DNA of 64,000 nucleotides. Origin: the human T2T-CHM13v2.0 reference genome, Homo sapiens. This document shows positions 1 through 10,700 of this stretch, piece by piece. Every line of letters starts with the position of its first letter. The stretch's first letter is position 1. Position numbers and translations under genes: made by a program. The stretch is taken from NCBI RefSeq assembly GCF_009914755.1, contig NC_060947.1. One strand, 5' to 3'. The notes beneath the pieces were generated by a model that was not told the origin of the DNA, ran no database searches, and saw only the letters and a list, made by a program, of their open reading frames with translations.

Positions 1-142
1 CAGTCCTTTATTTCTTATGCCCACTCTGTAGAAGCCACAGATGTGGTCTGGAGAGGCAAATATTGATGACCCTTCTTTTAATTAAGTCTCATTTCCCTTT
101 TTCCCTCTCTTGTAGTGAGTACATCGAAGAAGGGAATTTTGT

Positions 143-262
143 ATGTGTGTGAGTGTGTGTGTGTGTGAGAGAGAGAGAGAGGGAAAATGCTTATGTAAGA
201 GAGTGTAAGGGTGTGTGTGTACATGGATGTCTGTGAGTGGGAATATGTGTGTGTGTGTGTGT
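143..262. repeat. (TG)n/(GA)n microsatellite cluster
   Basis: Seen directly. Confidence 0.9.
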
Positions 263-1344
263 CTGAAAGGGAGCAGGTCTCAAAGAGGGAAGCTTTGAGA
301 GAGGCAAGGGAGATAAGAAGAATGAATCCGAATTTACAGAGTGCAAACTAAAAACTTATAGCTGACTAGGGATCTGTCCAGTGCTGGTGGGCCTGGGGAA
401 ATAGTCAATTCTTAATATTCCTTAAAAGAACAAAGGAAAGGAAACATATTTAAATTAGTGCAAGAAAGATGATGTTAAACCCATGGGCCTTTCTTGATAG
501 TCTTCAGACACTTGACATTTATGTGACCTTCGACTAGGCTGTGAGATCCCAGGGCAGGAACAAGGGCTTTCTACTCCAGGTAGCTCTCCCCTTCCCTCCA
601 CCATCTCTAGCATGGGTGGCTTCCATACTGTGCCAAGGAAGCCAAAGTTCAGGATTAAATCCATTTTGTAGGCCAGTTAGCTTTTATCTACATTTCATAG
701 ACTAGACTAATCCCCACATATCACACAGTTAGCTGCCTTGCATCTCTGATCATGAAAGACCCAGTGAAAATACAGTTCATCTTATCCCATCTAGAAGTGT
801 GCTTCCTGCTGACAGTGGGTGAGTACCCATTTTCATCTTCAAAGGATGATACAGAGGCATTCTTCAGCAGGGGACACTATCTGCCTCATTCCAGATAGTA
901 GCACTTCTGCTAAGTCTTCCTCTCAAGTTTGGCTCCCAGGTATTTTGGAGGGCAATTCCTCACCTTGCTTGTTTGCTTGCTTGGCATAGAAATGTACCCT
1001 TTGGAGAACACTTTCATTCTACCCTTTTATTTTATCTTCACAGCCACACTTAATAGGTACCATGATTCTTGTTTTGTAAGGTCATGGATCTGAGGCTCAG
1101 AAAAGCAAGATAATTTGCTCTCTGTCACATAGTTAGTGAGTGTGTAAACTTACATGGAGTGAAGCTGGGATTTGAAGCTAAGTTCCAGTCTATATCACAG
1201 GACCTTGCCAGGATACCATGCTGTCAGGTTGGGGGTGGGCTGGGGTAAGAAATATGGTGAGATGCCTACACAGGGCTTTTGGTGTCTTTCTCCTCTGTCA
1301 ACTCCTCTCCTCTACCTTTCATAATAGTCTTTTTTTTCCAAAAA

Positions 1345-1421
1345 TATATATATACTCTTCCTGTAAATATATATATACACACACACATATATAAACACAC
1401 ACACACGCATATATATGTGTG

Positions 1422-1464
<43 letters not shown>
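1345..1464. repeat. (TA)n/(CA)n/(TG)n compound microsatellite
   Basis: Seen directly. Confidence 0.92.
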
Positions 1465-1466
<2 letters not shown>

Positions 1467-1689
1467 ATGTATCTATCTTTCTTTCTATCTTCATTTCCCA
1501 CGGAATGGCACAGAGCAATGTATAAAAATAATACCTCAAAAATCCAACCACATCCTTAGGAAAGAAGGTAGTCTTGGTTTAGACTTTCCCAGTTCCAGGC
1601 AGCAGATGTTGGTGGTGAATACCAAGAACTGCTATGGTTTGGTGGAAAGGGCAAGGCTTGAGTTGGGGATAGGAAGGGAGAGCTGGTTC

Positions 1690-1870
1690 CCAGATCATAT
1701 TCCTCCATGGCATTTTTGTGCAACTTTAGATAAGTCACAGCCTCTCCAAAGTCTTAGTTTGTTGCTATTGTAAAATGGGGAGGAAATATCCAACCTACCT
1801 CTTTCCCAGGGGTTATTGTAAGAATAAAGTGGCATGATTCATTTATTCATGAATCACGAATAGCTGTTTT
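1690..1870 (+). mobile_element. MIR SINE remnant
   Basis: MIR core-like text: ataagtcac...tgtaaaatggggag...cctacctc...ggttattgtaagaataaa. Confidence 0.65.
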
Positions 1871-2499
1871 AATTACAAGACTCTCAAGAGCTTATAATCC
1901 TATGATTCACTCGACAAACACTTATTGAACATCTATTGTGTGCTAGGGTCTGGAGATAATGGGCATATGGAAAGCTTTTAAGAAAATGAAAAGCAGGAGA
2001 CAAATTAGGCATTAAAAACTTTTACCTCCTATTGATAGAACATTTTATTTTTAACTTCTTCCACCACAATTTAATAGAAGCAGCAACCAAAAGGGGAAAA
2101 AATGATATGCATGACACAGCTTGTGATGCCAACACTATTATGCACCCTGATACATATTGCAGATAATAGTGAGAATATCTGTATCTTCGTGTACTTGATG
2201 TCACATTGCCTTGTTTACACTATCCTTTGGGATGTTTATAGCATAAAAATTGCCTTTCACCATCCTGAGCCTGAGTTGTTTCTTTAGTCAATAAAATTTA
2301 AAAACAGGATTCCATGGAATGACGACTGTACTTATTTTACAAAGATGCTGTAATATGTGGTGGCTGCCTGCCGTCAGATATGACCTACCCTGGCTTATGG
2401 AATCAGGCTTTGATTATGTGTATTCTTTTGATTTCTTTATTTAGCAATGCAGAATCTTGCAGCTAGTGAAAGCAAGTATGGGTGCATCAATGGCAAGAG

Positions 2500-2660
2500 C
2501 CCTGAGACTGAAGAGAACTGGGTTCTTGTCCAAGCTCTGTTGTCAAATTGCTGTGTGGTCTTGGGAAAACCCCTGTCTCTCTGTGAGCCTCAGTTTTCTG
2601 ACCTGTATAATGGAGGTTTGGGACCAGGTGATGGCTAAGGTCCTATTTCTGAAACATTCT
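2500..2660 (+). mobile_element. MIR-family SINE remnant
   Basis: ctgtgtggtcttgggaaa...ctctgtgagcctcagttttctgacctgtataatgg. Confidence 0.65.
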
Positions 2661-3939
2661 AATATTATAATGTTTCTGAAACTTCCTTATTTTTTTGAAG
2701 CCAGGGCTTTTCTCCATATATTTTAACAGTAATATTACCTCTAGTTTATGACCTTCTGCTATAACATGATGGGCTGACTCAATGTATTGATGAACACTAT
2801 CCCCAGATTTAATTATCTTGGAGCGTCATCACCACATTGTATAAAATGAGCCATATTGTTCATTGCATCAGCAGCCTTTGCTGAAATGGAGGTTATGGGA
2901 TAACAACTTTAAGGCTAACTCATTAATGCTCTGGGATGAATAAGCTAATGTGTCAGCAGACCAAACTGGTGCCCAAATGTTTTCGTATAGAGACCCATAT
3001 CTCTTTCCCATGTTGTGATACATTAATGGGGATGTCTTTATCCATTGCCGCTGCCTGTAGTCATTTGAATAATGTAGATGCAGTACCTTCTGGGCACCCA
3101 GCCCCATTCACTATCAATTTCCTAAACTTTGAGGCACTCTCAGAGGCTTGGACCAAAATTCTAGTGATGCCATAGAGTACCTAATTTATAAGGATTTAAA
3201 CCATGGCATCAGTGCAGTCCCTGCTTTTTTTTTTCCATAGGTGTTTACTAGTAAGCACTGCACCATTCTTAACTATTTGATGGGGGTAATGGAGTAAATT
3301 AGTCCTCCAAATCATGAAGGCTGTAGATTTATGCCTAGTTGAAACCATTTCAGTCCTCACAATGTTGAAGTGGGTAACCTTTCTGACGTTAATTTGTTTC
3401 TCCATCTGTGTGCCATGCATTTTGGGAGGACGTGAGAAACAGGCTTGATGCCATTCAAGTGTGTTTCCCCTTTTTGTATTGATGGAAACTTGATTTGTGC
3501 CTGTCCGCTCTTTGTTCAAATTCTCTCTCTTGATATCTGCTCATATTCTAGCCCCTTTACTTATCCAAATAAAATCATATATATATATATATATTGCTAG
3601 TGACAATGTAGAATTGGATGGCTTGAAAGAGAAACAAATTTTGAGACATACAGGCACTTTATTAATCTGAATAATAACATTTGAAATATTAACCTATGCA
3701 GTTAGTTTTTCTAAATTTTATAAAATGTTTTTTTTAAATACTTGACTCTGCTGAAATTGGAGAATGAAGAAGAAAGATATATCCCTTAAAATCTCCTAAG
3801 ATCTCTTTACATAATTCAAATTTAGTGGAGAAGAGTAGATTGTTCAATGGATTGATACAAATTCTAATTTTATGTAATTACTTTTGAAACATGATTTTTT
3901 TTGTAAACTCCAGCCCTCTGCAAAGAACCTTCACTATTA

Positions 3940-4150
3940 ACATGTTTATTAAAAACCAATGCTAAATACCACACATAATATTATTCATTCAACTCTCAGA
4001 CAACCACTGAAATGGATACTGTGTCATTTCACCATTTTATAGAGAAGGCCACTGAGACTCAGAGAATTCAACTGACTTTCTTAAGATCACACAGCTAAGA
4101 AATCTAGAGGCTGGCTTTGAACTCAGTTATATTTGGCTCTAACACTAGTA
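3940..4150 (-). mobile_element. MIR SINE remnant
   Basis: ccattttatagagaaggccactgagactcagaga...aagatcacacagcta, the reverse complement of the MIR core. Confidence 0.65.
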
Positions 4151-5559
4151 AAAGTATTTGTCTAAAGATAGTGTTTCTGCAAATGTTTTGAATTCTAGAC
4201 TGAAACTGAGCTGGTTTGCTTTCATCTTGCTTTTGAATCTCATGGTCTCTTCAGGCTAGTGCCATGGTATACTGAAGGGGTAAGGGGAAAACACTTTGGA
4301 GCAAGAGAGGTCTCTTGGCACCTCTTTCCTGTAGGGAGCCTCCTTTTGTGTTCAGCTTGAAATGTCAGGCCTGAAGTATTCAAATCTCAAGATCCTGTTA
4401 TGTGCCTCTCTCATAGTGCGAAAGCCTGCCTACTCATTCCCCCTCCCCACCCCACCCATCTGCTTCTTGTCTGGGGACATTGGTCTTCCTAAATCTGCTT
4501 CTGTATTGTATGCTACTGGCACCTTGAGAAGGTTGAAAGCAAGTAAGGCAATGCCAATTTTTCTGTTAGAACTGCAGCATATAACTGCTCTTAAGTTTAG
4601 CCCTGTGTGCTGGAGCAGGGAGGCAATGACAAACGGTTTATTCTAAGGCCTTTGATTTCCTTCGGAATTGTAAGCATCTAGGCTGACTCATCTCTCAAAG
4701 GCTTTTCTCTCTCTCTCCTTTTGGGGCTGTTGTTGATTGGGGATTTTACTGTTTGTTCTTACCTTATATTTGGGGGAGAGAAGGGACTGATTTTCATCTT
4801 ATTTTTGGGTGAAAAAACCAGCTCTGCTCTTTGGATGATCAGATCTGGTAAGCTTCGATAAGAAGAAATAGCTGAAACTCCAAAACAGGTACAAAAGATA
4901 TCTGGATTGGGGAAAGGGGAGAGGGGAGTAATGTTAGAGAAATTAAGCCAGAGCTAGGCTGTGTGTCTCAGGATGAGACCCTAGACTAATAGGCTCTGGA
5001 CCTGCTATTTTGAATGGGGAATTGCTAGAGGCTTAGTCTGGAACTGTGGTTAAATGCATGTGCCTTTGGTTAAAATGGTCACTTTGCAAGTTGCAGTTTG
5101 GTGGTTGGGGTTAGGTGTTCACTTTGGGTCCAGGGGATGGAGCTTTGCAGTTGAAGGTTTAATATCTATGCTAGGTGTTTTCCTCTTGGTTTAGTTCAAA
5201 AGCCACAGGAAAACTCCTCATCTTTTCTCTTACTGCACCTATTTCTGACATCTGTGATCCTGGCTACTAAGGGAAGTAGGCAAAAGAGTTTTGGAGACAA
5301 AATTCAAGTATGGTTTATTTGTTTGTTTGTTTTTTGTTTTTTGTTTTTTGTTTTTTTTTTTTTTGGACAGAAGGTAGCTCATCTATTTAGATTATTGCAT
5401 GATAAACCGTTACTTAACTTTTCTCTGCCAAAGCTGCATTGCCTGATCTTTGAAATTTAAGCTCCCCACCCCCCAAATCATATATAGAATGTTATTGTAG
5501 ATTCCATGGGAAAGAGACATTCAGTAAAGTTGTATGTAACTACTTCCTTTCTTGGCAAA

Positions 5560-6310
5560 AGGTTTAGTTCCCCATCTCCTGAATTATCTTCTCTATCAGG
5601 AACCAGCCATATTTACCCAAACCATGAACTTGGGAGCTATCCTAAATTGTTTTCTTTCCATTGCAATTAAAGATGTTCCCTAAGCCCTGTCAGTTCCATC
5701 CATGAGATTCGTCCCCTACTCCAGCCCTAGTGACACTGACTTGTGTCAATATCCCTTGCCTCTTGGCTCATCTACCTACTTCCAGCTCTCTACCCAAAAC
5801 AGGCTTTTTCATGGCTTTCTGTGATTTTTCCAAGGTGCAACCCTGAATCTTTCACTCCCTGCCTAAAGCCCTATTGCCTTCAGGAAAAAGTCCGACTCTT
5901 TAAGCTGGCTTATAGGGCCATCCATGATCTCATCCCTGCCCATCCAGATTTATCTCCTTCCAATCCCTTTATACAGCTTCAAGAATATGACAACCTCTCT
6001 CCCATCTCTTTTCCTTTGCACAAGCTGTTCTCTCTGGATGCTCCCCTCCTCTGTCTCCAGGCAGATTTAGCTGTTTTCTCCTTTCTGCTCTCACAATACT
6101 TTGTTTATATCTTGGAGGTCTAACATCACAAGGTTTTGTAAATTGTTGCTAACTTGTGTATCTCCTTCACTGCACTGTTAAATCTTTAAAAAAAAAAAAA
6201 GAAATAGTATTACCTTGCTCATCCTTTCAATCTTTAGCGCCTGGCACAAAGTGGGCAATTAATACAGGTTTTTGTTTTAATGAATGAATGAATGAGTGAA
6301 CAAATGAGTA
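5560..6310 (+). mobile_element. L2 LINE 3' remnant
   Basis: cctggcacaaagtgggcaattaatac...(aatg)n tail typical of the L2 3' end; start approximate. Confidence 0.55.
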
Positions 6311-7452
6311 ATAGAGAATGTGCGGGAAAGGATGCTGTGTGAGGTGTAGGGGCATACCCCATTGGGGATGCTTTGTAGTCTGGAAGTAGTATAAGATAGT
6401 GGGCATCATGGAGAAGGCACATATAAAATAGGTTTTACCATTACACTAAGACAAACTCCACTTTGATACCAATTCTGTTTAAGGAGTCTCACTAGAAATG
6501 GTCTGGAAATGATGTTTGTTGGTTTTGGTACAAATGATTTTTTTATGAAAAAGTAATATAATGAAGTTGTACAATGTTTGGTAAATAGAGAAAAGCAACA
6601 GGCAAACAAAATCTCACCAGTTAATGCAAATGCTGTTAGCATTTGGGTGCATTTCCTTCAGTCTTTTATTTTTATGCATGTTTTTCTTCACATAGTTGCA
6701 ATCAAAATTAATACAATTCTGTGTTTTGTATTTGTTGTTAAAAAACTCTTTGTAAATATAACTTTAATGATTGCATAATTTTTCCATACTGTGGCCATTA
6801 CAAAATTTATATAACTAATATCATTGCTGGGCTAGCTTTTTTTCCCTTTTTTTGTTACTATTATGGTTTATGTGGATATGCTTTTCCCTGTCTGTAGGAA
6901 GATTTTATTAGGATAGATTCCTAGAAGGGGAGTTACTAGGTCAAAGGGCCTGGGGACGATTTTTGGCTCTAGACCCATGTGTCCATTTTGTTTTCTGGAC
7001 TTGTCTGAATTTGCAGCTCTCCTAACCTAGATGAAAGTCCCCTTTTTATCCAACCTGGACAGCATCGAGTATCGTCATGGAAAGAAAAAAAAAAACCTCT
7101 AAAAACGCTCTAATTAATTAACTAATTAATTAATGGAAAATACTATCTTATTTTTGTTTCAAAGTGCTTTTGTTAAAAAATGTTTTTCTCTTTTATTTTT
7201 TCTTCTTATTTTCTCTCTTTGTACTTTTTTTTTCTAATTAGGTTTTCTTTTTCCTGGACTATCTGTTAAGGGCTGAATTTTTGAAGTTGGATTTTTTTTT
7301 TCTTTTTTAGCAAAAACAACCAGAGGCTGCTCTGCTTGAGGGTGAAGCCGCCTCCCAGTTTTCCCTCCCCCTCTACCCCCACCCCCATAGTTCTCTCCAC
7401 CAGGTCCAGTGACAATTGGATGATGCAGCCTTGATAATCATCCGATTCCAGA

Positions 7453-7705
7453 ATGGGTGGCTGCATTCCTTTTCTGAAGGCAGCAAGGGCACTGTGCCCC
7501 AGAATCATGCCCCCTTTGCTGTTGTTGTCCGCCTTCATTTTTTTAGTGAGTGTCTTGGGAGGAGCCCCAGGACACAACCCCGACCGCAGGACGAAGATGG
7601 TATCGATACACAGCCTCTCTGAGCTGGAGCGTCTGAAGCTGCAAGAGACTGCTTACCACGAACTCGTGGCCAGACATTTCCTCTCCGAATTCAAACCTGA
7701 CAGAG
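7453..7705 (+). CDS. ARHGAP36: ARHGAP36 first coding exon (exon begins at 7311 after a polypyrimidine tract + AG)
   Basis: ATG at 7453; hydrophobic N-terminus; donor AG|GTAAGC at 7706 (phase 1). Confidence 0.93.
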
Positions 7706-10700
7706 GTAAGCTGTACCCCGGATTGTGGCATCCTCGCCTTCGGGAGAGTGGACCCTCCGGGCAGGACGGGGCGGATTAGGGGTCTGGCAGGGTGGGAGGG
7801 GCTCACGCCTGATCTCGGACTTGATCAGTTCTCCTGGCGTCTGGGGAACTGAAGAAGCCGGAGTTGAAGGCTGTTTGTTGAATTGCGGAAGAGGTAAAAA
7901 TTAGTTGAGTTTGGTCGAAGGCTGGGAGTTGAGGGGGCAGTAAGACAGACGGGCAGATGTCAGGGACAGACAAGTGGACAGAGGGCCGGTGAAGAGACAG
8001 CCGCAGCAGGTGCGGTGCGAGAATAGGGCAGAGCGAGACGGAAGCGCAGAGGGACACTCTGGAGAGAACTGGGAGAGATAGAGACAGCGCGGTCGAGAGA
8101 CAGAGAGTAGAGGGAGATAGCAAGACAGTGCGTGAGAGAGAGACGCTCCTAGCCGGGCGGTGAACGGGAGGGCGGTGCGGGCGCGGGGGCGGCGGCAGGA
8201 GGTGCGCCTCTAGCACTGCCCACCTCAGCTGGCTGCCGGGGAGCGAGCAGGACGCGGCGCAGGACGAGGTTCGAGTGCACCAGGGAATCTCAGGGGTAAG
8301 CGCGCGGATTTGGCAGCGGAGCCCAGGCGGTTAGCGCGGACCCAGGCGCGCCCCAGAGGTATTGGAAAGTGCTGGGGGTGGCAGCTTCGCTAGGCGCGCA
8401 CCGCGAACGCAGCTTGAATTGAGCGAAGCAAAGGGCGAGGAGCCCCCGCTGGCAGCCACTGATGCCAGATTCGGAGTGCGGGGACAGCCAGGTGTCGCCG
8501 CTTCTCCTACCGCAGCGCAGGGAGCCGACGGCAACCTGGTGCGAGCGCGCCCGCAGTAACTTGGCGACCCTCACCCGCGGTGGCGCTGCAGGAGAGCCCC
8601 TCCCTCCCCTCTCCTGTTGCGTGATCTGGGGGCTTCAGAGCCCCGGAATTTATGTTTTAAGTGTTGTATTGAGCGACTACGGGTGCGTAGCAAGATGCGC
8701 GGTGCGCACGCGGCGCATTAGATTGTCTGGTTTGGTTAAATTCTTGGAGTCTGATAAGAGTGAGATAGGCTTGTCCTTGTTGTTAGGTGGGGAAACTGAG
8801 GCTCATAGAAAGCAAATTACTTTTCGCCCGCTCGGCAGAGCTCGCCTCTCTGCCGCTCCCTCCCCCTGCTGCAGATCAGGGCATTGGGATGTTTTAGTCA
8901 CTTATTAAGTCCTATTTGTAAGTGTATCTTTTCTTTTTTCTCTTTCTGTAGCTCTGCCTATTGACCGTCCGAACACCTTGGATAAGTGGTTTCTGATTTT
9001 GAGAGGACAGCAGAGGGGTGAGGGGGCTCTTGTATTTTCTTTAGAAAAGAAATAGAATGCTAACCCCCTGTGTAGTGTGGCCCTGGCTATTGGAGACTGG
9101 GTGGCGTCCACTGTCCCAGGGGACACTCTCCTCAGCTCCCAAACCCCACAGTGGGTGATATCAGGAAATGGCGCAGTAGCTGTAGGTGCTTGGGGCGGTC
9201 CTCTCAGACCTTCCTGGTGGACTCACCCCACACAGATCAACCCGAAGAAATCGCCCTCTTTGTTTCAAGGTAGTCACCCCCAGGGAAAATTTAAGGCAGG
9301 GACCTCGAGCCTCGTCGGGGTGGTTGAGTGGAGCTGAGTCCTTTCGCCAAACCACTGCGGGGTCTTTTTGGCTAGCTCCCCAGGGAGGGGCGCTGCGGTT
9401 CTGGAGAGGTGGGGTTGGCTGCGGGTGGTTGCTGGGAGGAGTGCTACAGCCCCTGCTTCCTCCTGATTTAAGCGCTGCGAGGCTTTGACGTTTCTCATTC
9501 TTTCTCTCGTGGCTCCCCAGCTGTATCACACAAGACATTTGGCATTAGCCTGGAAGAGGTCCTGGTGAACGAGTTTACCCGCCGCAAGCATCTTGAACTG
9601 ACAGCCACGATGCAGGTTGAAGAAGCCACCGGTCAGGCTGCGGGCCGTCGTCGGGGAAACGTGGTGCGAAGGGTGTTTGGCCGCATCCGGCGCTTTTTCA
9701 GTCGCAGGCGGAATGAGCCCACCTTGCCCCGGGAGTTCACTCGCCGTGGGCGTCGAGTGAGTTAAACCCTCCAGGTTTCAGGCAGGGGCCTCTCCTGAGG
9801 TATGCAGGAATGTGAGGCCGGAGGATCAAGGCCTGTGCCCTCAGAGGCAGGGGGGAGCTGAACACAATATGTTGAAGTGGTGTCCTTGGCTTGCCACAAA
9901 GGGAATGTATCTTGTCCTGAATGTCATACATACAGTACTCAGGAAGGTCCTAATTGACTCTCTTTATTTCCCATTTTAAGATAATCTGGATTTCTCCACA
10001 GGGTGCAGTGTCTGTGGATAGTCTGGCTGAGCTGGAAGACGGAGCCCTGCTGCTGCAGACCCTGCAGCTTTCAAAAATTTCCTTTCCAATTGGCCAACGA
10101 CTTCTGGGATCCAAAAGGAAGATGAGTCTCAATCCGATTGCGAAACAAATCCCCCAGGTTGTTGAGGCTTGCTGCCAATTCATTGAAAAACATGGTAAGG
10201 GAGCTGCAAATGGGTAAATCAAGGAAGGAAGCAAAGGGAAAGGAGGGATGTTCTGGAAATGGGGGGAGAAAAGAGGCCGAGGATGAAGGGCTTGGATAAC
10301 ATTCCCCTGACACCCAGTGGAGGTCGCGATGCAGTAGGGGGTGAGGGGAGAAGAGAAATGCCATGGGAAAGGGATTCAGAGATGCTTAGCATCCCCTGGT
10401 CTTTTCTTTCAGGCTTAAGCGCAGTGGGGATTTTTACCCTTGAATACTCCGTGCAGCGAGTGCGTCAGGTAAATTGGCTATGTTTACATGTTTGTTCCTC
10501 CAATAAGAAAGAGCAGGAGGAGGTGGGGTTTCCCCATAGACCTGACTACCTGGTGGGGGGAGGAGCAGGGTCTTCTTTGTAGCCCCCAGGCCCACCATAT
10601 TGCCAGCTACCTCCACTGAATACTGGAACCTGTTGAAGGAATGACCAAGATGGAGCTGTGGTGGGCCAGGCAGACAGTCCCTGTCTTCTCCTTTTCCTAG

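Noticed and set aside
1279-1773. 164-aa ORF and antisense HT-repeat ORFs
   Set aside because: Derived from the (CA/TG)n microsatellite and a MIR.
2860-4720. Possible conserved intronic enhancers in repeat-poor DNA
   Set aside because: Only scattered TAAT motifs; conservation or chromatin data are needed and nothing decisive is visible.
7803-9538. Overlapping 65-148 aa ORFs in and near the CpG island
   Set aside because: Expected in GC-rich, stop-poor DNA; I found no phase-compatible splice into the ARHGAP36 frame for them.
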